The position numbers and the translations under genes are program-made. Positions 13,645 to 28,000 of a stretch of 64,000 nt of DNA are shown piece by piece. Within the stretch, counting starts at the first letter, position 1, and each line of letters begins with the position of its first letter. The DNA is from Eledone cirrhosa (Eukaryota): NCBI GenBank assembly GCA_964016885.1, contig OZ024747.1, forward strand, positions 71,920,001 to 71,984,000, written 5' to 3'. The notes beneath the pieces were generated by a model. That model was not told the DNA's origin, searched no databases, and saw only the letters and a list, made by a program, of their open reading frames with translations.

Positions 13645-16600
13645 CGATTCAATCAACCCCAGTGCATTACTGCTGCTTTATTTTATCAACCCTGTAAGGA
13701 TGAAAGCAAAGCTAACCTCAGCAAGATTTAAACTCAGAATGTAAATGGCCATAACTCTGTGTTGTAAAGCATGTTGTCTGACGCTCTACCGATTCTGCCA
13801 ATCTACTATAAAATAATGCATGTAAATTTTATTGCAGGTGATTGTCAAATATGGAGTATAATTAGGTTAAGAATTATTGCAGAGTGCATCCAAAATATAG
13901 TTTCATTCACTGATATACTACAAACACTGATCCATCCCTATGACTATCAAGAGTTAAGGACTCTTCACCTAGTGATACACTGCAACTACAATCTCTACAT
14001 ACTTCCTACATATAGGTTTACTGGGTGAGAAAAATGACAATGAGGCCATTAGATAAGAAATAAAAAGAAACCAAGGCTCATGGAATAATGTGACATGAAT
14101 TATTTAACGCTCTACAACAAATTCTAGAGAAAACCAATCAGTCAGCTGTTTACTTACTACTAATGAAAATGAAATATTGACTTCATCAGCACACAAAGAC
14201 CAAGTACCAAGTCAAAAGTCAAAAAGCCTAATAGAGGACTACTCAGGTAATCAAATAATTGGCCCCCTCCTCTCCACTTATTAATTTTTCAGATTTTTTT
14301 TACTCACCCCCATATATGCACTTATTCCAGCCCCAACCCCGCTTATTAAATTTTGCTAATCTATCTCCAGTGAAATTTTATTTGTAGCATTCCTGCAACA
14401 ATTAATTTTCTTTATACATTAAAAAAAACATTATAAATGACAAAAAAGTACATTACTAGAAATCCCATATAATATAAAATAAAAATGTTTGTGGAAAAAT
14501 CGGAACAATCTAATGGTACCAGTTTTATTTTTGTGTTTTTTTTGTTTTGTTTTTTTGTTAGTTTGTTAGTTTTTTGGTTTTTTTAATCTTTGGACGAGCT
14601 GAAAATGGTTTAAAAAAAAGGTAAGTAAAGTATTTAATTCCAACATAGGTGTCTCATTTCCTTTATGAATTATAATTATATTATCATGGATGACTTGGGA
14701 AATGGAAATGAAATTCATTTGGATATAATATCCATTGTATACTAAGTAAGACATTAACAACAAAACCCAAAGAGAAGATCAATTTCCTGCATCTAACAAT
14801 CACGAAATGCTTAAAAAAATACAATTTAAAATAATTTTCTAACCTCACTTGAGCCTTCTCCAAAATAGATGCTCCATATGTAGAGTTGAGAGTGTCAACA
14901 TCTGAAAAGAAGAAAGAACCACTGTTTTTAGTAGATCTCCAAAGCAAACATTTTTCGTACTTTTTTTTTATTAGGTGGTCTAATTAGTAGGTCTACCGTA
15001 TGACAGTTTCATACTACTATCTGGTGTCATTAGTGGAGTTCGCAAACATTTAGACAAGGCTCTCAGTTTTAAAGATATGTTTTTTGGGGGGTCTGAAATC
15101 CTTCTGAGGTATCTTATGGAATGAAATACTAGCAAAACAAAATGAACAAGTATATTTACCTTGTTGCATAGGTGGAGGGATCGTTGACATTATTATTTCA
15201 ATTTGATTAATTGTAGAGGACCCTGGAAAGAGTGGCTTTCCAAGTAACATTTCTCCTAAAATGCAACCAAGACTCCACATATCAACACCTTTAGTATATC
15301 TGGAAAAAGAATATCCACCAATAAAAGCATTATACTAGAAAGGAATTATAGAGTAAGTTATAATTTCTATAAAAATAAGAAATCACTATAATTACCATCA
15401 CCAGCGTTTAATGTCCATTTTGCCACACTAGCATGGGTTAGACGAGTTGTCAGATGACCATGTCTTGCTCATACAGAACTGTTTCTGGATTGGTTTCTAT
15501 GGCTGGATGCCCTTCCTAATGCCAACCACTTTTACAGTGTGTACTGGGTGCTTTTTGTCTTGACTCCTAAATGACCACTTTACAGTGTGGACTGGATGCC
15601 TTTTATCGTGGCACCTACACTACCACTTTACAGTGTGGACTGGGCACTTTTTGTCGTGTCACCTAGATGGCTACTTTACAATGTAGACTAGGCACTTTTT
15701 GTCATAGAACCAGAATGGCCACTTTTTGTTGTGGCACCAAATTGACTATTTTACAGTGTGGACTGAGCATTTTTTGTCGCCGCACCAAAGCGACAAGCTT
15801 ACAATTTAGACTAGGTGCTTGGCACCAAAACAGTAACTTTTGTCCATCGTGACCCCTTTACATGTTGGACTGGGTGCTTTTGTCATGACTCCATCACGAC
15901 CATTTTACAGGGTGGGCTGGACATTTATAGTTATGTCGGTAACTTGACCACACAACAAGGTGGACAGGGAGATTTTGTTGTGTCAACAAGCTGCCCACAC
16001 TACAGGGTGGGCCAGGCTGAGTGCCTTATGTCATGCCACCAACACGCCCACTTTACAGGGTGGGCTGGGTGCCTCATGTCATGTCACCAACATGACCACC
16101 TTACAAGGTAGACTATAATATATATAATAAAACCTTAATTAATATATCAAATTACTTTGCCCAATTTTTTGTGGATTAAGCATTAACACATACTTTTGAA
16201 GAGCTGATTTAAATATCATATCAGTTTTGGCTAATTGTGTCATGTTTTGCTATGAGTCAGTGTATGAGATACTGAAAAATTGAATAAACATTAATGACAC
16301 TATATAAATTCTAAACAACCCACTGTATACCACAAATAAACACTACATTATATCCAAAAGTGCACAATTTTAGTTGCCCTGACATTTTTCTGTTCAGTGT
16401 ACACTTTAATAAGCATATTACATTTTTATTTAATCATTTTCTGTTTTGTGCTATTCCTGAAAAATAAATAACATACCATCAATATTAAGATGAGCCCATC
16501 ACTCTGATGTGATGTTTTACTTCTCCTCTGGCATTCCATATATTTCCCTCCTAATAAATGGTTGATAAATAATCAAGATTATCATCAATATATGATGATA

Positions 16601-17018
16601 AATATTCTAGAATGTATCGCTGTATTTTGAAACTAATGAATTTGTGTCCTTTAAACTCCAGATATATTTGGATAAGATCATTCTGTGTATCTTAAGATGT
16701 ATATGTGCTTGAAATACCTTGCTTTAAAATAACCTTCAGTGCATAAGATATGGGATTTGGGGGTGATATTATCAATAACATAATTTAGCAAAATAGACTA
16801 AAACTGTATAAAGAGAACTTACCATTAATGGGCAAGAGATTGTATATTAAGAAGAAAATTAAACTATCTACAACAGAAAGATTTCTTTTATTAATTTTAG
16901 GCATGGAAGCTTCTGAGTTGATACTAGTGGAGGGAGGTTTCGCTGGAAAAGAACCCATCAAACCCATACATGGAAAGACAGACATAAAAGGATGGTGATG
17001 ATTATGATGACAACAACA

Positions 17019-17052
<34 letters not shown>

Positions 17053-17893
17053 CAACAACGATGACAACGACAACAACAATGACAACGATGATAATGATGA
17101 AAGCCTAATAGAAAAGAAGTAGCTTACTTATGAGACCCTAGGAGAATTTCTGGTGCACGATACCATCGAGTAGCAACATATTCTGTTAAATTTGGGTCAC
17201 CTGTCTCATCTTTACCAATTTTAGAAATAGATCTTGCTAAGCCAAAATCACATAGCTTTACAAGACAGTCACTATTCAATAGAATGTTTGATGGCTGAAA
17301 TAAAAGTTTAATGAAATCTAGTATTAGATGTTTGTGACGGAAGTGATAGTACATGTTTAGAGATGGTAAATGCAATTATAAGCCTGATGGCATGCACAAA
17401 TATTGAATCATTTTCTAATTTAACCCTTTTGATACCAAACTGCCTAACCCCTGCACTTCATTCTATGATACAAAGCTGTTTATTTTTTAAAGCATTTATA
17501 TTTATCTAAAAACCTTCCATAGTAATTTTATGTAAGAAGCTTTGTTAAGTTATGTTCCAAACACCAGATGTGCAATGTGTCTGAGAAAGGCAGAGCTTGG
17601 ACGAGCTGAGTTAGAAGCTGGGTTTAAGAAAGGTATCCGAGGTGGTGTGCAGGAGAGAAGACTGTGTTGGTACAGACATGTGATGTGCATGGATGATGTC
17701 TAATGGGTAAAGAAGTGCCAGGAAATGTCAATGGAAGGAAGTCACAGTAGAGGTAGACCAAGAAGGACCTGGGCAGAAGTTGTGAGAGCTGACCCCAAAT
17801 TGCTGAAACTCGCAGAGGGGATGACAAAGGAATGCAGTGATGCTGTGCTGAGAAGAACCTATCCAAGCCATGCAAGCATGGAAAAACGGACAT

Positions 17894-17928
<35 letters not shown>

Positions 17929-18109
17929 ATTTCATTAATCAATTAATCAAAAAAAAACAAAGAAAAGATAAAAAGAAAACAGCTATAAACAAAGAGAGGA
18001 CATTTACTTTAGTGTATGTATGTGTTTGTATGTATGGTGAGTATATATTTGTTTGGGTGTGTGTTTATGTATGTATATATTTGTGTGTGAATATATATAT
18101 ATATGGGTT

Positions 18110-18140
<31 letters not shown>

Positions 18141-21100
18141 CCTGTGTTTATGTGAGTGCACCTCCAGCGAACTTTCAACTATATCTCTCTTTCTCACTAT
18201 TTCCTGCCACTTCAGTCAGTTTGTATACTTCTACTTTAACTCGCATATTAACTTTCTATCTCTATCTCTCTTTTATTATCTCTCTTTCTCTCTCTCTATA
18301 CAATGTAAAGCATATCTGAAACTGGACCAGCCAACTAACCAACACACTGGATATTATATATTAGAGATGCAAACATTTGCAGATTCTAAAGAGCAGATTT
18401 TTATTTTTTAGGTTCTAATTACTGTTGAAAACCAGAATGTACCATCTCCACCATCTCTAACATCAAATTCCATAACAACTATGGAATTTACACCTGCAAT
18501 GTTGCGACGTCACCTTAAGAATAAGCGCAACTATGCCTCCCCTGGTCTTGATGGTGTGACATACCTGCTTCTCAAACGTGGCGGGTATTTCCTTTTGCGC
18601 CAGCTTTCTTTCTTCTTTCAATACTGTCTCAACAATGGTGCTACTCCGGAGCAGTGGAAAACTGCCAGTGTCATTCCCCTGTTCAAAAAGGGCAACCGCA
18701 TGTCACCTGTCAACTATCGTCCAGTCAGTCTTACTAGCTGTATGGCCAAACTGATGGAATCCTGTGTCAGAGAAACACTTTGGAACTTCTGGAGCTCTCA
18801 CAGCCTCATCCGGCCCTCACAGTTTGGATTTATCCCTAACTCCAGCTGCTGTGATCAGCTTATCGAGTTCCTTGAGGACATCACCCGGATCACTGACAGC
18901 GGCTCATGGGTGGATGTTGTTTACCTTGACTTTGCTAAGGCTTTTAATTCTGTGCCACACAAAAGACTTATGGCAAAACTCTCTGCAATGGGTGTGAGGG
19001 ATGATCTTTTCGACTGGTTGAAATCCTTCATTCTCAGCCGAAAAGAAGTAGTCACGGTTCTAGGACAGCATTCTTCACCATATGAGATGTCATCTGGTGT
19101 ACCACAGGGATCTGTTCTTGGTCCTCTTTTGTTTGTGGCATATATTAACGACATAGATGCCAACTTACAGAATGCCACGGTACTAAAATATGCAGATGAC
19201 ATCAAGCTGTACCTTGAAATCAAAAGGACTGATCCTGAAATTTACAACTCTTTCCTACAATCAGACCTGGACACAATGCAGCAATGGATCACAGACTGGC
19301 AACTGAAGCTGGCTGTGGACAAGTGTACCACCATGCATTTTGGAAGGAAAAATCCAGCGTCCACATACTCCCTCCACAACACTGATATCAAAAAGTCCTC
19401 TTGTGAACGTGACCTGGGCATTACTGTCAGCAACGATTTGCGTTGGACAAAGCATGTCTCTAAGATTGTCAAGAAGGCCGAGGGTGTCTTGGCATCACTC
19501 AGCAAGACCTTTGTTAGCCGCTCTCCAGCCATCTATTTAAAACTGTATACAGCTATGGTACGACCACACTTGGAATTCGCATCATCAGTCTGGAACCCCC
19601 ATCTTGCTCAGAACATTGACCTCCTGGAAACTGTTCAGAGACGTGCAACCAAGCGCATACCCTCCATCAGACACCTACCATACTCTGAACGCCTTGCTTC
19701 CCTGGGCATGGATTCATTGAAGCTCCGACGTCTGGCAATGGACTTGGTGAATACCCACAAAGTTTTTAACCATCTCGCCAATTGCAACCCTGAGCGCCTC
19801 TTTTATCTCCATGTGTCTAACACACGTGGACATGCCTACAAGATCAGAAAACAGCACAGCTCCCATGACTTTCGTAGACATTTTTTCACGCTCAGAGTTG
19901 CTGAAGCATGGAACAAACTGCCTGCGTCAATTGTTAGCTGCCGAGACACTGCATCCTTTAAGACACTCATGCTTCCCGAAATATGCCAAAACTACACCTG
20001 ATGTACCCCTTCCATACACATGCACACATGTGTGTATCATGACTCGTGCACTGTTCATTTTACTGATGTTTATGCATTGCCCTATGTACTGTACATGCAC
20101 TTTTTTGATGAGTTGTGGTGCACCTGGGCACTGTACACAATATTTCATTATTGTTATTATTATTATATCATGACTCGTACACTGTTCATTTTCCTGATAT
20201 TTGTACATTATTCTATGTACTATACATGCACCTTTGATGAGTTGTAGTGCACCTGAGCACTGTACACAATAATTTCATTATTTATTATATAATTTCATGC
20301 AACTATTTGTAAAATAGGTCTGAAACGCCTTCTAAAGTTTCTCTCTCTTTCTCTCTCTATCATCATCATCGTTTAACGTCCATTTTCCACACTAGCATGG
20401 GTCTGGACGGGAATTGTCCCACTTGAGGCAAGATTGGTTGTCTTGCTCAGGACTGTCTGGCGGGTTTTCTACGGCTGGATGCCCTTCCTAACACCAACCA
20501 CATTTACAGTGTGGACTGGGAGGTTTTTACCGTGTTACCTACACGGCCATATTACAGCGTGGACTGTGTGTTTTTTTGTCGTGACACCTACACGATCTCG
20601 TTTGTTTCGGCCTGGATGTTGTGGCACCAACATAACTTTACATTGGATGGGGTGGGGGTAGTGGGGCGGGGGTGTATTTGTTAGAGGTGCCTACTGTGTA
20701 GCGCCAAAGATCTCGGTCCAGTGACATTGTCTTGGAGAGGTGTAAGTGTGTGAGGTCGGAATTTATCAAGTCGTCCCAGGTTTTTCTGGGTCTGCCTACT
20801 CCGTGACTACCGTCTATTTTTATTGCCCTGCACTTTTTTATACTGCTGTCGTCTTTCATGCACATCACGTGACCATACCAACGTAGTCTTCTCTCGAGTA
20901 AACAACATCTGATCCTTCTTATTTCTAATTTTTCCCTTAGTTCGTTTATACTTTGCCGTTCACGTATATTACTATTACACATCCAGCGGAGCATGCAAGC
21001 TTCGTTCCTCTCTAGTCTGCGTATATCCTCTGCACACAATGCCCAGGTCTCACTGCCATGTAACATTGCTGTTCGTATGCAGGCATCATACAGCCTGCCT

Positions 21101-21940
21101 TTCATTTTTAAAGAGAACCCTTTAGCGGCTAATAGTGGTATAAGCTCTCTGAACTTTTTCCATCCAGTTCTGACTCTAGCTACTGTACTTTCAGAGCACC
21201 CTCCACCACTGCTGATTTTGTCACCCAAGTAACGGAAGGTGTCCACTATTTCTATAGAACCATCTGTGCAATGGAATGAGCTAGTATTCTGTGGGCACTT
21301 GCTGCTACTTATTGCACCAGAGCACTGGCCACATATAAAATCTATGTTCTTAGTTAGCTTACCTGTGATCCCACTACATCTTTTATGCATCCATACTTTG
21401 CATTTGGGACATAAAATGGAGTTTCTACCTACTCCTTTCCTACACACTGAGCATGGCCATTTCCCGGATGGGACCGGTGCCCTATTTTCCTTCCTACAAA
21501 CTAGAACTTTAGTCTTAGACAGGTTAATTTTGAGGCCTTTCGATTCTAGGCCATGCTTCCATGTTTGGAATTCTTCTCTAGCTCGGCCATTGATTCAGCT
21601 ATGAGCGTTAGATCATCTGCGTATAGGAGTTCCCATGGGCAGCCGGTCTTGAACTCCACTGTTATAGCCCGAAGGGCAATAATAAATAGTAGGGGCTAAG
21701 AACGGAGCCCTGATGAACACCAACTTTTATGCTAAACTCTTCACTATATTCGTTGTTAATTCTAACCTTGCTGACTGTTTCTTTATACATGGCTTGTATA
21801 GCTCTCACAAGCCATTCATCAACACCTAGTTTTCTAAGAGCCCACCAGATAATGGAACGAGGGACTCTGTCTCTATATATATCCCTCTCTCTTTCCCTCT
21901 CTCTCACTCACTCAGTCTCTCACTCTCTCTCCCACTCACA

Positions 21941-22010
<70 letters not shown>

Positions 22011-25000
22011 ACATATCCCGTCCTCCCCTGAAAAATAATTTGTATCAGAAAAACAGATAATGTCATCATTTTAATGATATGAAGAAGAAAGGAATTTGCA
22101 AATAATACAACTAGAAGGAAAAATAGCATAGAAACTTAATGGAGATTTCCAAAGGTAAAAATCAACACACATAAATTAATTCAGGATTTAAGCATGGAAA
22201 TATAACATCTAGTTTTATTTTTACTGGACCTTCAAGTTTTAAAATGATAATGAAATTAATTGTGTACAGTGCTCAGGTCCACTACAACTCATCAAAGAAA
22301 AGGAAAAAAAAAAAGAAAAAAACTAAAATCTAAAATAAAAATAAAAATGAAGAGAAAAGGGCATTGTTCTCAAAATAAATATCAAAATCTCGTAGATTCA
22401 ATATTATGTGAGATAATTGAGATAAAGCCTTCTTAGTGAAAATACAATAGTAAATATAGAGTAATGTGAATACTAAAGGGTTAATGCCCTTGATATGTGC
22501 ATATTTTGTTTAATCCTGCCATGGACACACATATCTATAATAAAGGAAGACCAAAGATGACACAGAATGAAGTGGTGAGATCAGATTTTAAGAATGGTGT
22601 GACTCATAGATGAGATGTCACAAGATTGAAAAGATTCAAGAAATGCTGCCAAATTCATGTCAACATGGAAAAATGAATATCAATAATATTAGCTGTATGA
22701 TTGAGTAAATAATTTTTAAAGAATGAAGTCACAGTTCATTGCTATATCAAAATAGTAACCAAATATTTGAAAGATGAATAACAAAGAGAAATTGGGAAGA
22801 TTTTAAAGAAAATACCTTCTGGTCTCTATGAATAACATTACCAGAATGTAAGTATTTGGTTGATTTAAATAACTGGTACATAATGTAGCGTTTGTGAACA
22901 TCTTTAAGAATATTTCCACGTTTTATTACATTGTGAAGATCTGTATCTAAAATAAAGAGAAAAATCACAATTCAGAAAAGAAAATAGTTTAAAATTGAAT
23001 TCAATGCTAATGATAGCTTCTTATAATAAAAATAGGGAAAAATATGGCTGAAATATAGAAAATGAAGAATTAAAAAAAAAGAATAGAAAATTTCAGTGCT
23101 GAGGATGGAGGGTTGAGGAAAGTATATAATACAGGATCAAGAATACGACACCTAATAATTGTAGCAGGTTAAAGTGGGGTGGCATAGAATCATGTAGCTT
23201 ATCCTTGAATGAAGTTTAAAATATGCGGATAAGGATGTAGTTGTATACCATCGCAAATGAGAATGACTACAGAGTACGACATATTTGCATTTGTAAACAT
23301 TTAATTGCTGTTCATGTGGAAAAAATATGTTCTGAAGTTGATGATAAACTTTAGCTTTTGTGATACAATGTTGTTTATATGAAAGATACAGATTCACAAA
23401 AACAGATTATTGAAGAAAGCTAGGTCTTGAATACAGAATCGTAAGGTTTGGCTTTGAGCAGTATAATTTTTTTATATTGGTGATGCTAAATAAGACTAAA
23501 TTGATAAGATCACACTGCAGTATGTTTTGAAGGCTTATACAGAATGTGCAAACCAAAGTACTGAAATAGAAGAAACGGACATGAAAAGTGAAGAGAGTGT
23601 AGTAGTTACTAACATAGAGTATTAGAGACTTGAAGTGACTGTAAGAAGGTTGAGGATAGAGTAAGTTGGTTTGACTAAACTCTGGTGTATTTTGGGGTCA
23701 GGCAGAGCCCTATAAACATATGGCAGAAGGTTTTAAGAAAGACAGGCAGTATGAAAGACATGGATAATAAACGCATAAAATACACATTGAATTAAAATGA
23801 ATGCTTAGATCAAGTCAGTTCTGAAGCAGGGCTACTGACCTCCAGACAGGCTGGGGGGTGGGGGGTGCATCTTGTTTACACAGCGTCTCACATTAAACTG
23901 AATGCACAGGAGAGGTTGTCATGTTTTTGACACAAATTGAAGGGTCCACCCAATCTTTTGTTTAGCAAGCTTTCTACTGCTGGATGTCCTTAGTTATATA
24001 ATTATAGAAATAAAGTACAATTCTCACCCATAAATTCAAACACAAGATAAATGTCATGATCATTTTCAGCTTTAATCACTTTGTGTAATTTTATGATATT
24101 TGGATGATTACAGAAATTTTCAAGAAACATAATCTCCCGGAATGTTCTCTAAAAAGATACAAATATAAGAATTCATAAGTTTTTTAAAATATAAAAGATC
24201 CAAATTGTCATCTTAACTTCATAAACGATAAACCTATTTTATGTTCTATATGTTGTTGTTTTTTTTTGGTACAAGTATTTCATTAGAATATTTCAAATGA
24301 CATTAGACATCATCCATGAACATCACATGTCTGTACCAATGCAGTCTTCTCTCCTGCACACCACCTCGGATACCTTTCTTAAACCCAGCTTCTAACTCAG
24401 CTCGTCCAAGCTCTGCCTTTCTCACACACATTGCGCTACCTATGATTTTCAAATAATTTTAAGAATAATCAAAAATTTTGAGGGATTTAGTAATATAACT
24501 AGCTTTCTCATTTTTAAGCTGGTGTTTCAAACATAACTTAACAAAGGTGCTTAGATCAATATAAACAGTATAAAACAAATAGTTTTGTATCATAAAATCT
24601 GAGCCCAGTTTCAAGTGGTTTGGTATCAAATGAGTTAAAGTTTTACCTGTGCATCTGTTTCATTCCTAAAGGCATCAAATATTTTTTTAACAGCAACAAC
24701 ATCCCCTGTTTTTCGATCAATAGCTTTCCATACAATGCCATATGCCTGAAAATAAGATTGAATTTAGAAATTATATATTTTCAAAATATCAATAATGATA
24801 GTGGAAAAATATTTTTTAAAAAAAAGACGACAGCAGACAATAAAACCTCGACTTTTAATTTTTTTATGCATTTTCCCTTTTTACCTTAAGGTATGATATG
24901 GACATGTAACTCCGGGGGGAGTTGTTAGGGTGCCATATTGATATACAGAATTTCTTAGGGAATTTTTAAACTTGACAGATCCCTTCCCTTCTCCAGCAGA

Positions 25001-28000
25001 TGTCTTCCAGAGAAGGATAGGGAGTAAAAGAAAGAAAGTGAGAAAGTGATATAGAGGAGAACTAGAGTCCAGTACTTTTTTATCCACCTCAAATGGATGA
25101 AAAGCAAAGTTGACCTCAGTAGGAATTAAACTGAGAGAGCTGAGAGCCAGAACAAATACAAAAAGCATTCTATCCAACGTTCTAACAACTCTACCTTATA
25201 CCTAAGGAAATAATTAACAACAGAGTATTCCTCTTCCATGACATTCTAACTGTATGCCTGTAGTATCGGAGCTGTGATCTCTCAATTTGGAGAAGTAGCA
25301 GCTCTACCTGGAGTGACTCTCTGATCTCCAAGCTACGCACCCTATCAAGTAACTTCAGAGGAACCCCAATTAAACACTACAATAGTATGAATAATAAAGA
25401 GCTGTTCAGAATTTCTTAATATCAGTTGCGTCACCTCATATTATCAAAGTAAAATTGGAATAGCAATAATTTTGTTGAGAAACCTTGCCCACAGAAACAG
25501 TTATTATAACAGTATATTTTATATAGTTGATCTGCAATTAACACTGATAAATACAAGTAAAATTACTAAGGCCATCAATTACCCAGTACATTACTGGTTC
25601 TTTATTTTATCGACCCTTTAAGGATGAAAGGCAAAGTTAACCTCGGCGGGATTTGAACTCAGAATATAAAGAGACGTAACTATGCTGGAAAGTAAAATTA
25701 CTAATATTGATACAGGATGTGCTTTGCTAAATCCCTGCATCAACTACCAACTATCCAATACGGATGTGCCAATTCCCTATTGGTTCTGTTCTTTTCATGC
25801 CAATAAACAAAAGTCAAGGGCAAAGCTTATCAGCATCTGGCATTATCTCCCTCCACTAGTATCTATTCACAGCTGTATCTTATTATCAGTAGAGTTGGGG
25901 GTTCCTTTTAACTCAAAGATATTTGCTAATCATAGTCAATTTTCTAAATCAGGCATCCTAATGATGAAAGCAGCATATTTACTAAAAATGCTGCCTTTAC
26001 AGAGATTGTTTCATCATCATCATCATTTAACATCCATTTTTACACTCTAACATGAGTTAGACGAGTTGCCCAATTGTGAGACAAGCAAGGTCTGATGACC
26101 ATGTCTTGCTCATACAGGACTGGTTTTAGCTTGGTTTCTATGGCTGGTTTTGTGTTTGTGAAACTATGTATAAAATGTTGTATACAGAAGTATAAAAATG
26201 TATTAAGTATTTTGTTTTATTAAATGGTGAATTTATTTTCTGTTTATGATATAGCTATATTTCAATGAAACAGAATATTATTTATTCCATTCATAAAACA
26301 ATAGGTCATGTACTAGTAAAAATAAAGATTAAAAATATTCTTCTTTGACCTAAGAGTCCTTGCTTTTTCCCTCCTTTCCTCTCATTTATAGCATTTATAG
26401 TCCTTTCCTCTACTTTCCTATACAGCCAGATTGGCCCTTCTTTACCCCTTCCCATTTTTCTCATTACTTAATTTTGTTTTTATCTTTCTTTTTCATATTT
26501 CCATCATTGTATAACTTCTTTTTCATTTATGTTTGTTTTTTTATTCTTTTATATAAGCTCTGTGATATTGTAAAACTATTGTGATTGGAAATTAACCGAT
26601 TGGATTAAACTAATGATGTTGTGCAGCTAAATATACTTATATATATATATATATGGTGAAAATAAATAATAGCAAACCAACTATATGTATGAAAATATGT
26701 TAATGCTGGGGAAGCTATATAACAAGGATTACATGATGAAACGTTATAGTTATTTATCTATATATGATCATCATCATCATCATCTAACGTCCATTTTCCC
26801 TGCTAGCACAAGTGGATGGTTCATCATAGACTGGTCAGTACTCAAGAAGCAGAGCTATTGATCTGTCAGATAGACCAGGACGTGTGCATCTTGCTTACAT
26901 ATGTTCCTGCATTCTATTGGTCTAACAAGCCTGAGGCCTGTATCTTGCTTATATACAATCCCATATTCTATGCAGTGAATTTGATCATGGCACCAGCACT
27001 AGGGAGGTAATCATGTCTGTGACACAACTGAAGAGTCCACCCTCTTGACATATACATATACATACATATATTTATCATCATCATCATCGTTTAACGTCCA
27101 TCTTCCACGCTAGCATGGGTTGGATGGGTTTGTTCCACTTGAGGCAAGAATGGTCAGGTGACTGTGTCGTGCTCGTACAGAACTGGTTCTGGCAGGTTTT
27201 CTATGGCTGGATGCCCTTCCTAACACCAACCACATTTACAGTGTCGACTGGGAGCCTTTTTACCATGTCTCCTACACGACCACTTTACAGTGTGGACTGG
27301 GTGCTTTTTGTCACGTCACCTACATGACCACTTTACAGTGAGCGGAAGTGGGGGGATGGAGTAGGGTGTGTGGGATGGGGTTGTATATTGGGTTAAGAGG
27401 TGCCTACTGACTGTAGCTGTAAGGGAGGCAGGCCTTCTGTATAACTGCATAGTGCCAAAGATCTCAATCCAGTGACATTGTCTTAGAGAGGTGTAAGTGA
27501 GCAAGGTCAGTTTTTATCACCTTGTCTCAGGTTTTTCTCGGTCTATTCACTCCGTAGCTTCCATCAATTTTGATCGCTCTGAGGTACCCGGGTAAACAAG
27601 AGACGATCGGTAGAACAAAAAATGACTGTTATCTGATTTACAGTATGAGGCAAGACAATGGTGTGTGACAAAATAAAAACAGTCAAAAATCTTCCAGATA
27701 CACCAAATTCTTCATTTTACCATTCATGCATAGTACATGGAGATTTCTAGGTGCTCCCACTCATGAACAACCTACATATAACTATCCATGGGTAAAAACT
27801 GATCTCTCATATTCAATCTTACAACTATGGGACTCTGATCCTGAGCTTTATTTAGAGTCAGCAAAAGTGGTTCTAACAGGGAACTGGGCTCTTGAGAATT
27901 TGAATGGCAGCTCGGTAGAGGAAGGGATAAGAAGTATCTTGGGAATAAATGCATTTTCCCCTTGATGATTGCCTCTTTTAGGAGCTGGTTCATCATGTGC

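Noticed and set aside
15524-16114. Repeat-spacer-like array
   Set aside because: The variable parts are homologous to each other (degenerate tandem units), not unique spacers
22816-22830. HRDQK instead of HRDLK as a sign of a pseudokinase
   Set aside because: HRDQK is a normal MAPK15-family variant; the catalytic Asp and Lys, DFG and TEY are intact
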